DNA of 56,779 nucleotides. Origin: Nanobdellota archaeon. GTDB lineage: Archaea; Nanobdellota; Nanobdellia; JAAOXT01. Below, in pieces: positions 19,105 to 28,255 of the stretch (its first letter is position 1; every line of letters begins with the position of its first letter). The translations under genes were made by a program, and so were the position numbers. The DNA lies in NCBI GenBank assembly GCA_018221045.1, contig JAAOXT010000015.1:1-56779 (forward strand), given 5' to 3'. Below the pieces are notes generated by a model. It saw only the letters and a list, made by a program, of their open reading frames with translations. It did not search any database and was not told the origin of the DNA.

Positions 19105-19836
19105 ATGAAAGATGAAAAGAAAAAAAATATAGTTAAGAATGCTTATGGAAAAATAGCGAGAGGAAGTGGCTGTTGTAGTGAATGCAATTCTGAACAAGTT
19201 GCTAAAAATATTGGTTACTCTGACGAAGAAATTCGGGTTGTTCCAGGAGCAAATCAAGGTTTGGGGTGTGGGAACCCAATAGCAATAGGAAAAATACGCG
19301 AAGGTGAAGTTGTTCTTGACCTTGGCTCGGGAACAGGTTTTGACTGTTTTTTAGCCGCTAAAAAAGTGGGTTCATCTGGTAAAGTTATTGGCGTTGACAT
19401 GACTGAAGATATGATAAAAAAGGCAAGAGGTTTCGCTGAAAAACACAATTTTAGTAATGTAGAATTTAGATTAGGGGACATCGAAAATTTGCCCGTTGAA
19501 AGGAATTCAATTGATGTTATAATCAGTAATTGCGTGATTAACCTTGCCCCTGACAAAAGAAAAGTTTTCAAGGAAACGCATCGCGTTTTGAAGTCTGGAG
19601 GAAGAATGTACGTTTCAGACATTGTTTTATTGGAGGAACTTTCAGATGAGAAGAAAAATGATGAGAGTTTACTCGCGGGATGTGTTAGTGGAGCATTATT
19701 GAAAGAATATTATGTTAAAATGATTGAGGATTCTGGGTTTAATGTTAAAATAATATCCGAAAACAAAGAAATAAGTAAGACACAGTACGACGGGATTTTG
19801 CTTGAAAGCTTGAGCATTGAAGCAATTAAAGTTTAA
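19105..19836 (+). CDS. arsM: arsenite S-adenosylmethionine methyltransferase
   Basis: GCC near the N-terminus, GLGCGNP, VLDLGSGTGFDC, SNCVINL and AGCVSGA. Confidence 0.88.
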   Translation: MKDEKKKNIVKNAYGKIARGSGCCSECNSEQVAKNIGYSDEEIRVVPGANQGLGCGNPIAIGKIREGEVVLDLGSGTGFDCFLAAKKVGSSGKVIGVDMTEDMIKKARGFAEKHNFSNVEFRLGDIENLPVERNSIDVIISNCVINLAPDKRKVFKETHRVLKSGGRMYVSDIVLLEELSDEKKNDESLLAGCVSGALLKEYYVKMIEDSGFNVKIISENKEISKTQYDGILLESLSIEAIKV

Positions 19837-20011
19837 AAGAAAATTATTTTGCCAATCACCATTTTTATCTACATGGAGAAATTATAGGAATATTTGAAAG
19901 ATGTTTAGGTCGTGGTCTTTTGCTTTTTTTGGGGGTTAATAATAATTGATTAAAATCCATTTTTTCTAAAAAAGAAAAGTCTTAAAACGAACATTTTCTG
20001 AAGTTTTTCTT

Positions 20012-21133
20012 ATGAGTTTAATGATTGATGATTCAGGAGATTTTTATTTATCTCCTGGCAAGGAGGTTTCGTATGTACTATCCAGTTTTTCGAGCGAGGA
20101 TAGAATGAGTTTTGATACTGAATCATTTTTTTCAGGGCGTGAGGGTTTTGTTGTTAAAGAAATGGTTAGAAAAAATGTTCGGAAAAATGGTTACTTTTAC
20201 ACAGATTATGAGGGCGGCGAAGGAGGGAAGGTTCTTTTCAAAATAATTCCAAATGTTTATAGAGGTCCAATTGAAATAGAAGAAGCTGTTTTGGATACAA
20301 AAGGTCTTGAGAGTTTTTTGAAACCGACTACGAATTTTGATTTTGAAACAGAGTCCGTTGCAAAAGCATCTAAGAAAATATGTTCAAGTCTCAGCGGGTC
20401 AGAAAAACTGAATCCTCTTATTGTCAGTGACAGAATTGTTGACTGGATTCAGGATAATATAGAATATTGTTCAGTTCCTAAAAGTAGTGTTGAGCACGTT
20501 GCAGGGTGGATTGAAACGCTTTCTTCTAAGCAGAAAAGAGATCCTTTCACGATTCTTAATACAAGTTATAATATTAGAAGTGATATACTGAAAAAGGTTG
20601 CGAGACATATTCGTTTACCAAACAATGTCACAGATGATTTTGAGATTGCTAAATTCGTTATGAATAAAGCAGGAAATATTGGAGGAGTATTCAAGTTTTT
20701 CTGGCTTGGCGAAGAAATGACTGCTAGCAGAACTTTAGAGAGTGGTATGGGAAAATGTACTGGGCAGGCACGTCTTTTCGTGGCTTTAGCGAGAAGTCTT
20801 GGGATTCCATGTCAAAACGCGGGGGGTTATCTAGGGGGTTTTGACGGAGGGAATCATGCTTGGGCGAACATTTTTGCACAGCCTTATGGTTGGGTTGAGT
20901 TTGATCCGACAAATGGAGAAATAAAAGAATGTGACAGAAAATATTATGGATACAAATTTTTTAAAGAAAGAGAAAGCTATCCAAAGTTAAGTTTAATTGA
21001 GCGTGAGAATTCATCAAATCAAGATCTTGAAGAAATTATTGAACTTTTAGAGAATAATCAAGGCATCCTGTATAAAATTTTAGGAAGAAAAAAGCACGCG
21101 AAAGAAATTGAATTCCTGCAAGGTTTAAAATAA
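20012..21133 (+). CDS. transglutaminase-like (papain fold) protein
   Basis: GKCTGQARLFVALARSLGIP, NHAWA and GWVEFDPT give a Cys-His-Asp triad. Confidence 0.85.
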   Translation: MSLMIDDSGDFYLSPGKEVSYVLSSFSSEDRMSFDTESFFSGREGFVVKEMVRKNVRKNGYFYTDYEGGEGGKVLFKIIPNVYRGPIEIEEAVLDTKGLESFLKPTTNFDFETESVAKASKKICSSLSGSEKLNPLIVSDRIVDWIQDNIEYCSVPKSSVEHVAGWIETLSSKQKRDPFTILNTSYNIRSDILKKVARHIRLPNNVTDDFEIAKFVMNKAGNIGGVFKFFWLGEEMTASRTLESGMGKCTGQARLFVALARSLGIPCQNAGGYLGGFDGGNHAWANIFAQPYGWVEFDPTNGEIKECDRKYYGYKFFKERESYPKLSLIERENSSNQDLEEIIELLENNQGILYKILGRKKHAKEIEFLQGLK

Positions 21134-21151
21134 AAAAAAAGAAACGAAAGA

Positions 21152-21526
21152 TTAGACACCGCAAATTGTTTTGATAATCGCTCCTTTTTCGTAAACAGTG
21201 ATTTCGTCATATTTGTTGTAATCATCAATTATTGTAACAAAATAGAACGAATCGGTTAAGGTGGTTACGGATTGAACACTTTGGTTTAAACCCTGTTCTT
21301 TTAGGTAATCATTCACAAACCTTTCAGCTTCAAGTTTGTTGTTAATCATCATTTCTTTTTTGTATAGGATTGGAGAAGTCGGACCCGAATCATCGCACCA
21401 ACAATTCGGGACATCATCTTCAAATACATCACACACGTCGTTGGAGACATTATTATTCTCTTGTGCAGTGCAACCACTAAGCAGGATTATTACAACCATA
21501 CTGAGGAAAAGTTTTTTCACAAACAA
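21152..21526 (-). CDS. putative lipoprotein
   Basis: KKLFLSMVVIILLSGC lipobox-like signal followed by several Cys. Confidence 0.6.
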   Translation of the reverse strand: MFVKKLFLSMVVIILLSGCTAQENNNVSNDVCDVFEDDVPNCWCDDSGPTSPILYKKEMMINNKLEAERFVNDYLKEQGLNQSVQSVTTLTDSFYFVTIIDDYNKYDEITVYEKGAIIKTICGV

Positions 21527-21585
21527 TTATGTGGGGTGAGTGATTAATAAAGCTATTTTCAAGAAAAAAAAGGTTAAAGAAATTT

Positions 21586-21759
21586 TTATTTTTTATGGTA
21601 ATGAGGTTTCATGAGTAAACCCATTGCAACTACTATCAGTAGTATCGGCCACCAAGGGAGATTTAAAGCTATTACTTTTAAATCGCTCAGCAACCAAAGT
21701 ACACCAATGAGCAGAAGCGTCATTGAAAAACCTTTCTTACCTTTGGGACATTCTTTCAT
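21586..21759 (-). CDS. small membrane protein, 57 aa (LiaF/DUF5668-like), absent from ORF track
   Basis: MKECPKGKKGFSMTLLLIGVLWLLSDLKVIALNLPWWPILLIVVAMGLLMKPHYHKK has the LLLIG.LWLL...WWPILLI pattern. Confidence 0.7.
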   Translation of the reverse strand: MKECPKGKKGFSMTLLLIGVLWLLSDLKVIALNLPWWPILLIVVAMGLLMKPHYHKK

Positions 21760-21819
21760 TGGTGATTACTATGCTAAGAAGTCATTAATAAAATCTTCCA
21801 AGCGGAAAAAAAAGAGAAA

Positions 21820-21894
21820 TGCCCCCACCGGGATTTGAACCCGGGTCACAAGCTTGAAAGGCTCGCATGCTTGACCGTACTACACTATGAGGGC
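21820..21894 (-). tRNA. tRNA-Glu(UUC)
   Basis: Cloverleaf with CGAGC-CT-TTC-AA-GCTTG and T arm CCGGG-TTCAAAT-CCCGG. Confidence 0.96.
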
Positions 21895-21897
21895 GGA

Positions 21898-22012
21898 TGG
21901 GCCTGTCGTGATTCGAACACGAGACCCCCGGCTCTCTTAGAGCGAGGGAACCCTCCTATGGGGATTCACTGTCATATAAGACCGGTGCTCCACCAGGCTA
22001 AGCTACAGGCCC
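21898..22012 (-). tRNA. tRNA-Ile(UAU) with 41-nt canonical intron (21934-21974)
   Basis: Acceptor GGGCCTG/CAGGCCC-A and CCGGT-CT-TAT-A^...^A-GCCGG. BHB helix CUUA/UAAG with bulges UAU and AGA. Confidence 0.92.
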
Positions 22013-22043
22013 GTAAACCAATAACCTTTTCTCTCTTCTTTAA

Positions 22044-22328
22044 TCACACAGTTTTTAAATCTTTTTCTCCCGAAACCCGATACAATTTCTGGAAGTAAGC
22101 AAGAGATAACAGTATAGACCTAGCTAAATCCCCCTTGATTTCGTCAAAACCTTCTACTTGATCATCAACGGATTTTTTCAAATGACAACCAGCGATTTGC
22201 AGTGATTCCCTAACGTACGGCAAATCTCTTGGAAGCGAGTTAGCAAGTTTTTCCAACCTGTTCAAATCCTTCTTTTTAATCATCCCCAAAATATCTTCAA
22301 CACCGAATTCATCGTCAATCGAAACCAT
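22044..22328 (-). CDS. hypothetical protein
   Basis: 94-aa ORF, no motif recognised. Confidence 0.5.
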   Translation of the reverse strand: MVSIDDEFGVEDILGMIKKKDLNRLEKLANSLPRDLPYVRESLQIAGCHLKKSVDDQVEGFDEIKGDLARSILLSLAYFQKLYRVSGEKDLKTV

Positions 22329-22428
22329 AACAAAGGATTAAAGAGCGTGTTAGATTAATAATTTTATTGTAGTGTTCGCCGTAAGTTTTTTAAAACCGAA
22401 AAAGCGTTTTTTATGAGAAACAATATTT

Positions 22429-22500
22429 GCCCGGGTAGCTTAATGGTGGAGCGACGGACTGTTAATCCGTAGGTCGCAGGTTCGACCCCTGTCCCGGGCG
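22429..22500 (+). tRNA. tRNA-Asn(GUU)
   Basis: GCCCGGG acceptor, ACGGA-CT-GTT-AA-TCCGT and G73. Confidence 0.97.
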
Positions 22501-22553
22501 CTTAAAACCAAACAAAACATTAAAAAGAAATGGCTCACAATTAATTCTAATAA

Positions 22554-25031
22554 ATGCTATCCGACAAAGAACTGAAAAAAAAGTATGGTAAAGAATACTC
22601 GCTTAACCCGGACAAGTACTACCCAACCAAGTTCATCAAAAGCCAAAAGTTCGTAAGAGGAAAATGCGAGAAATGCGGCAAACACTTCTGGAACCTCAAC
22701 CCCGAAAGAAAAGTTTGCGGGGACACGGCTTGCACAGAAGGATATGGCTTCATAAACGACTCACCAGCAAAAGTTAAGCTGACTTACCCCGAAGTGTGGA
22801 AATCATTCTCCAAAACCCTCCAAAAAAAAGGTTACACCCCAATCAAAAGATACCCTGTGGTTGCTCGCTGGAGGGACGACATACCCTTCGTTGAAGCAAG
22901 CATTGACGACTTCATACCCCACGTGATAAACGGCGTAGTCAAACCCCCCGCGAACCAGCTCACAGTCCCGCAATTCTGTTTACGGTTCAACGATATATCA
23001 AACGTTGGAATAACTGGGGCGCACTACACGGGATTCATCATGATTGGCCAACACAGGTTCGAGAAACCTGGAAACTTCGACCCTGACGAGTACTTAGAAC
23101 ACCTTTACGCGTGGTTCAACCAAACGCTCGGCATCCCCGCTGAAGAATTCATTTTTCACGAGGACATCTGGTCGGGTTCAGGCAACTTCGGGCCCTGCGT
23201 AGAAATCTTTTCAAGAGGGGTTGAGCTAGCGAATCAGGTTTACATGCAGTTCAAACAAACCAAGAGCGGGTTCAAAGACCTGAACCTCAAAGTTCTGGAC
23301 ATGGGAATGGGGCACGAAAGAATTTCATGGTTCACCAACGGGACACCCCAATCATACGAGACAACGTTCCCGCACGTAATCAAAAAACTAAAAAAGAAAA
23401 CGGGAATAACGGTTGACGAGAAGATACTAGAAGCATTCATGCCCTATTCAGGATTCCTCAACTCCGACGAAGTCGAAGACGTTGAAAAAGTGTGGAAAAC
23501 CATATCCGAAAAAATAAGTGTCAGCGTTGAAAAAATCAAAGGAACAATTATCCCTCTTCAAGCAATTTACTCAATAGCAGACCACACGAGAAGCCTATTA
23601 ATAGCGATAAGCGACGGGGCGCTGCCCTCAAACACAGGAGGAGGCTATAACCTAAGAGTCATTTTCAGGAGAAGCATGGATTTCCTATCCAAACACGGCT
23701 GGAACGTAGACCTTGCAGAAGTGTGCGAATGGCACGTAAAAGACCTTGAAAAACTCTTCCCAAAAATCGGAGAAAACATTGAGGAAGTTAAAGAAATTAT
23801 TGGCGTGGAAGTCAAGAAGTACGAAAAAACCAAGAAGAGAATGAAAAGCATAATCAAAACCATCAAAGGAATAGTTTCAACAGAAAAAATGGTAGAGCTT
23901 TACGACTCTCACGGCATCAACCCGGAAACACTCGTTAAGGAAGGAGTTCAAGCCAAAATCCCTAAACGCTTCTTCGAAATGGTTGCGGAAAGACACGGAA
24001 AAGTCAAGAAGAAAAAAGAAGAAAAAAGGTTCGATGTCCAAGGCATTCCGAAAACAAAGAAAATTTACTACGATGATTACAGCAAAATCGAGTTCAAAGC
24101 CAAAGTCCTAAAAACTTCAGGGGACAAAGTAATCCTGGATAAAACAGGTTTCTACCCAACTTCAGGTGGACAAATTCATGATAAAGGATTCATCGCTGGA
24201 AGAGAAGTAGTAGAAGTTTTCGACGAGGAAGGAGTCGTAATCCACGTCATCAAAGGGAAACCACTCAAAAAAGGTGAAGAAGTCGCTTGCAAAATCGATT
24301 GGGAGCGCAGAAAACAACTAGCCCAACACCACACAGCAGTCCACGTCATCAACGGAGCGTCAAGAAAAATTCTGGGAAACCACGTGTGGCAAGCAGGCGC
24401 TGACAAAAATACTCAGCGAGCAAGAATAGACATAACGCACTACGAAAACCCGTCGCCAGAACAATTAAAAAAAATCGAAGTGTTAGCGAATCAAATCATA
24501 AAAAAATCTATTCCGGTCCAAAGCTTTTTCTTGGATAAAGATTTAGCTGAAAAAAAATACGGTTTCCGCGTCTACCAGGGAGGAGCCATACCAGGAAGCA
24601 AGCTAAGAATAATAAAGATTGGAAACTTCGACGTCGAGGCGTGCGGGGGCACGCACGTGAAAAACACAAGACAAGTCGGCGAGGTCAAAATAGTTGAAGT
24701 CAAAAGAATACAAGACGGAGTAATCAGGCTAGTGCTAAAAGCAGGCGAAGCTCTTGAAAAACGCTCAAAAGAGCTTAAAGAATTAGCTGACGAAATCACT
24801 GAATTATTGGGTTGTAATTACTCCAAAATACCTGAAAAAACAGGGGAACTGTTCAAGGCTTGGAAGAAAAAACGTAAAGGAAAACCATTTGAGTTCAAAA
24901 AAGGAAAACCCGGCAAAGGAAGCGCGACAAACATTAAAGAAAATTTGGACGAAGCCGCGAGCTTCTTAAAAGTCAGGAAAGAGCACCTGCCCAGCACAAT
25001 AAAAAGATTTCTCAAAGACCTAAAAAAATAA
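22554..25031 (+). CDS. alaS: alanine--tRNA ligase (archaeal type, short C-terminus)
   Basis: RYPVVARWRDD, QFCLRFND, IADHTR, editing domain QHHTAVH and VEACGGTH, RIQDGVIRL. Confidence 0.97.
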   Translation: MLSDKELKKKYGKEYSLNPDKYYPTKFIKSQKFVRGKCEKCGKHFWNLNPERKVCGDTACTEGYGFINDSPAKVKLTYPEVWKSFSKTLQKKGYTPIKRYPVVARWRDDIPFVEASIDDFIPHVINGVVKPPANQLTVPQFCLRFNDISNVGITGAHYTGFIMIGQHRFEKPGNFDPDEYLEHLYAWFNQTLGIPAEEFIFHEDIWSGSGNFGPCVEIFSRGVELANQVYMQFKQTKSGFKDLNLKVLDMGMGHERISWFTNGTPQSYETTFPHVIKKLKKKTGITVDEKILEAFMPYSGFLNSDEVEDVEKVWKTISEKISVSVEKIKGTIIPLQAIYSIADHTRSLLIAISDGALPSNTGGGYNLRVIFRRSMDFLSKHGWNVDLAEVCEWHVKDLEKLFPKIGENIEEVKEIIGVEVKKYEKTKKRMKSIIKTIKGIVSTEKMVELYDSHGINPETLVKEGVQAKIPKRFFEMVAERHGKVKKKKEEKRFDVQGIPKTKKIYYDDYSKIEFKAKVLKTSGDKVILDKTGFYPTSGGQIHDKGFIAGREVVEVFDEEGVVIHVIKGKPLKKGEEVACKIDWERRKQLAQHHTAVHVINGASRKILGNHVWQAGADKNTQRARIDITHYENPSPEQLKKIEVLANQIIKKSIPVQSFFLDKDLAEKKYGFRVYQGGAIPGSKLRIIKIGNFDVEACGGTHVKNTRQVGEVKIVEVKRIQDGVIRLVLKAGEALEKRSKELKELADEITELLGCNYSKIPEKTGELFKAWKKKRKGKPFEFKKGKPGKGSATNIKENLDEAASFLKVRKEHLPSTIKRFLKDLKK

Positions 25032-25915
25032 TGAAACCTGCCTTAAAAAAACTATGCCAGGAACTCGGATGCCCCGACCTAATCAACTCTTTAAAACAAG
25101 AACTGCCCAGATACATCCGGGCCAACCAACTAATAATCAAACCAGAAAAATTAAAAAAAGTTCTCGAAAAAAAAGGGTGGACACTAAAAAAAATTGCTTG
25201 GAACGATTACGGATTCAAAGTCGTGAAAGCACCGTGCAAGCTGGGAAACACTTTGGAGCACGCCATGGGAATGTACTACGTGCAAAACGCTTCAAGCATG
25301 ATACCACCCCAAGTCCTAAACCCCTTGCCAGGGGAAAGAGTTCTGGACCTTTGCGCGTCACCCGGCTCAAAAACCACGCAGATAAGCATGCTCATGAAAA
25401 ACAAAGGAGTGGTGGTGGCGAACGACTACCTGCCAAAAAAAATAGTTTCCCTCCTGAGAAACGTTCAAAAATGCAGGGCGACGAACGTGATAGGAAACCT
25501 TTCAAGAGGAGAAAAAACTTCTTTTATAGAAGAGTTTGACAAAGTCCTGGTCGACGCTCCCTGCACAGGGCTAGGAGCAGTTCATAAAGACCCGAAAATA
25601 TTGAAGACGTGGAGTCCCTCAAGCATCAAAAAATTGTGCGCTAAACAAAAAAAGTTGGTGGAAGCAGGGTTCAAAGCCCTCAAAAAAGGAGGAGTAATGG
25701 TTTACTCGACCTGCACGCTAAGCGTGGAAGAAAACGAAGGAATAGTCAACCACTTAATAAAACTCGGAGCAAAAGTTGAAAGCATAAAAATCAAAGGCTT
25801 GAAAACCCGGCCAGGAATCATCAGAAATTATAATCCTCAAGTCAAAAAAACGGTTAGGGTTTACCCAATGGACAATCAAAGTGAAGCATTCTTCATAGCG
25901 AGGATAAAAAAATGA
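25031..25915 (+). CDS. RsmB/NOL1/NOP2/Sun family RNA m5C methyltransferase
   Basis: YYVQNASSM, DLCASPGSKT, DAPCTG and YSTCT. Confidence 0.93.
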   Translation: MKPALKKLCQELGCPDLINSLKQELPRYIRANQLIIKPEKLKKVLEKKGWTLKKIAWNDYGFKVVKAPCKLGNTLEHAMGMYYVQNASSMIPPQVLNPLPGERVLDLCASPGSKTTQISMLMKNKGVVVANDYLPKKIVSLLRNVQKCRATNVIGNLSRGEKTSFIEEFDKVLVDAPCTGLGAVHKDPKILKTWSPSSIKKLCAKQKKLVEAGFKALKKGGVMVYSTCTLSVEENEGIVNHLIKLGAKVESIKIKGLKTRPGIIRNYNPQVKKTVRVYPMDNQSEAFFIARIKK

Positions 25916-26346
25916 AGTTTGAATACATGAACACTAACGAAGTCAAAAAAATCAACGATTTCCTCGAGCAAAGGTTCGGCACAAGACTTGAACAATACTA
26001 CTATCTTAAACAAAGAGACAGGATCTGGGTTTTTTCAGGCGAGCACGAAAAATTGGAAAAACTCAGGCCAGGATTCACCGGGTTCCGATTAGGAATAATT
26101 GACAAGCGAAGAAGTTTCAAACCATCACAGGAATCATCAACCCTCATCAAAGCAAGGAAAAACGTTCTCGAAGTAAGTGAAAAAGAAGCGCGAAACTGGC
26201 TGGCAGGAAAAGATTTGAAAAAACAAGGAGTTGACGGATGGTTCCTGCTAAGAACTAAAACAGGTTTCTTCGGGGTCGGAAAAAGAGTTCAAGGATTTTT
26301 CAGGAACATAGTTCCAAAAAGGTCCAGGGTCATAGGTTTCTTTTAG
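25912..26346 (+). CDS. PUA-like partner of m5C methyltransferase (RsmF C-terminal/NIP7-like)
   Basis: ATGA overlap with the upstream gene. GFRLG...FKPS...KNVLEVSEKEARNWLAGKDL...GVGK...RNIVPK. Confidence 0.75.
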   Translation: MKFEYMNTNEVKKINDFLEQRFGTRLEQYYYLKQRDRIWVFSGEHEKLEKLRPGFTGFRLGIIDKRRSFKPSQESSTLIKARKNVLEVSEKEARNWLAGKDLKKQGVDGWFLLRTKTGFFGVGKRVQGFFRNIVPKRSRVIGFF

Positions 26347-28219
26347 ATTTCAACACGCCAATAATTTTTTTGGCCGCGGTTTCAGGAGTGCTTCCAAAGA
26401 TGACCCGGCTCCCAACCAGTTTTTCCAAATCCTTAGTGAGAACGCGAGTAGCGATTTTCGAACCCTTAATCGATAAAGCCGGGTTAACGTGAGTCGTGAC
26501 ACCCAAATCAAGAAAGTACACGCCTATTGCCAACGATTTTTCGGCCATGTACTCCGGAGCACTGCAAGCAATTGGCAAGTCTGGCAGAGAAGTATTCGAG
26601 GCCTCTGAGAGCTGGGTGAACAAGGCACCGATTCTTGAACAGTCAACGCACGAACCCATGTGCCAAGCAGGAGGCAGGGCTTCCAAACCATTTGCTTCAC
26701 CCACTTTTTCCAAAAAATGTTTGAGACCGTCGCCCGCAAGCTTCACGGCCCTCGGGTTCATCAAGTCCGCCTGAGCCGCGGCGTGAGCCCAGCAACCAGT
26801 GCCCACCACTAACACGTTATTTTTTATCAGGATTCTTGTAAGCTCTTCTTGAAAAGCTTGTCCTCTGAGCTTAGCGTTCCTGCAACCCACTACAGCCACT
26901 ATTCCGAGAACGTTTCCGGATTTCATCTCGTTTATGAGAGGTTTGAAAGGATTTTTTTTATCAAGCTTCGATAGCAAGGTTTTTATGGCTTCAACCGAAA
27001 AACCTCCATAAAGCTCTGAAACTTTTTCAGGGATTAAAACGTTTTTACCCTTTCTTTTTTGGAAAGCTTTCACAGCTTCTTTAATGATTTTTTTAGCAGA
27101 ACGGTCAGCGTTCTCAACTTCAAAGGGCAAGTGCAAGGCACCAGGAATCTTAACAAAATCTATCGTGGTTATCAAACGAGTATTGTAACAAGACGCGATG
27201 TCCTGAAGAGAAGGGTAAATGCATTGAAGGTCGACGACAGTGGCGTCAACAGCTCCAGTGACCAAAGCCATTTCTTGTTGCATGACGTGACCAGCCATGG
27301 GCACTCCCTGGCGCATTAGCAGTTCGTTTCCAGTGCAGCACATGCCGACAACGTTTATGCCTTTCGCCCCAACTTTTTTGGCGTGTAAACCCATTTTTCG
27401 CGACCACTCCAAAACTTTTTCAGAAAGCAAGGGGAGGTGGCCGTGAACAATGATGTTAACCCAATCCTTTTTCAAAACCCCCAAATTGGCAGTGGACTTG
27501 GTGAGGTAAGGCGTGCCGAAGATGATGTCCTGCACGTCGGTTGCGAGAGACATGCCAGCAAACCCGTCCACCAAGCCGAGTTTGAGCACGGATAATAGCA
27601 CGTTCACTGGGTCGGCGTCGTTGCCCATAGTTGTTTGGTGTAGGGCGTGCGAGATTTCAGCGTCAGCGTTCACTGGAAGAATGTCGAGTTTTGACCAGGC
27701 CTTCATTCTTTCCTTGTTCGCCCTGACTTTGAACCAGTTGAGCGTCAACCCTTCTCTTTGTTTGAGCAGTCCTTCCTGCCTCCTGAACTCTTCCAGCGCT
27801 TCCAAGACAACGCTTTTAGCGACTTGTTTGACGCTTTTCCCGAAAGTTTTTAAACCCAGTTTGCGCGCCACAAAAAAGAGTTTTTCCTTATCTTTTATGG
27901 GATAGGACTTGGTTTTTCCTTCACTGATTTTTAATAACGCTAGTAAGACTTCTTTCGCGTGGTCCGTGTGGCACGCGGTTCCCGCGGCAACGTGCCTTAA
28001 CAAGTTTCTGGTAACGATTAAGTCCGCGTTAGCCCCGCAAACCCCTTCTTCCTGTTTTCCAGGGATGATGCGGCAAGGACCTTGAAAACAGTTCTTGCAG
28101 CACACGTCTCCCAAGCCGAACACGCATTGAGGTTGTTGTTCTTCAAAACGGTCAAACACGAGTTTTGCCTTGTCCCTACGGGCTTTTGAAACAATTTTTG
28201 GGTCAACCCAAGAATTCAT
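26330..28219 (-). CDS. cooS: anaerobic Ni,Fe carbon monoxide dehydrogenase catalytic subunit
   Basis: D/B cluster QCVFG...CCKNCFQGPC...GVCGA and HTDH. C-cluster ligands HGH, GMCCTG, DLQC, VGC, TGC, GSCVD and catalytic Lys in MAEK. Confidence 0.93.
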   Translation of the reverse strand: MNSWVDPKIVSKARRDKAKLVFDRFEEQQPQCVFGLGDVCCKNCFQGPCRIIPGKQEEGVCGANADLIVTRNLLRHVAAGTACHTDHAKEVLLALLKISEGKTKSYPIKDKEKLFFVARKLGLKTFGKSVKQVAKSVVLEALEEFRRQEGLLKQREGLTLNWFKVRANKERMKAWSKLDILPVNADAEISHALHQTTMGNDADPVNVLLSVLKLGLVDGFAGMSLATDVQDIIFGTPYLTKSTANLGVLKKDWVNIIVHGHLPLLSEKVLEWSRKMGLHAKKVGAKGINVVGMCCTGNELLMRQGVPMAGHVMQQEMALVTGAVDATVVDLQCIYPSLQDIASCYNTRLITTIDFVKIPGALHLPFEVENADRSAKKIIKEAVKAFQKRKGKNVLIPEKVSELYGGFSVEAIKTLLSKLDKKNPFKPLINEMKSGNVLGIVAVVGCRNAKLRGQAFQEELTRILIKNNVLVVGTGCWAHAAAQADLMNPRAVKLAGDGLKHFLEKVGEANGLEALPPAWHMGSCVDCSRIGALFTQLSEASNTSLPDLPIACSAPEYMAEKSLAIGVYFLDLGVTTHVNPALSIKGSKIATRVLTKDLEKLVGSRVIFGSTPETAAKKIIGVLKSKRNL

Positions 28220-28255
28220 GTGATAGTAATAAGGAGAAAGGTTTTATTTATTCCT

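Noticed and set aside
21611-22098. Plus-strand ORFs 21611..21838 and 21835..22098
   Set aside because: They are antisense to the small membrane protein gene and two tRNAs.
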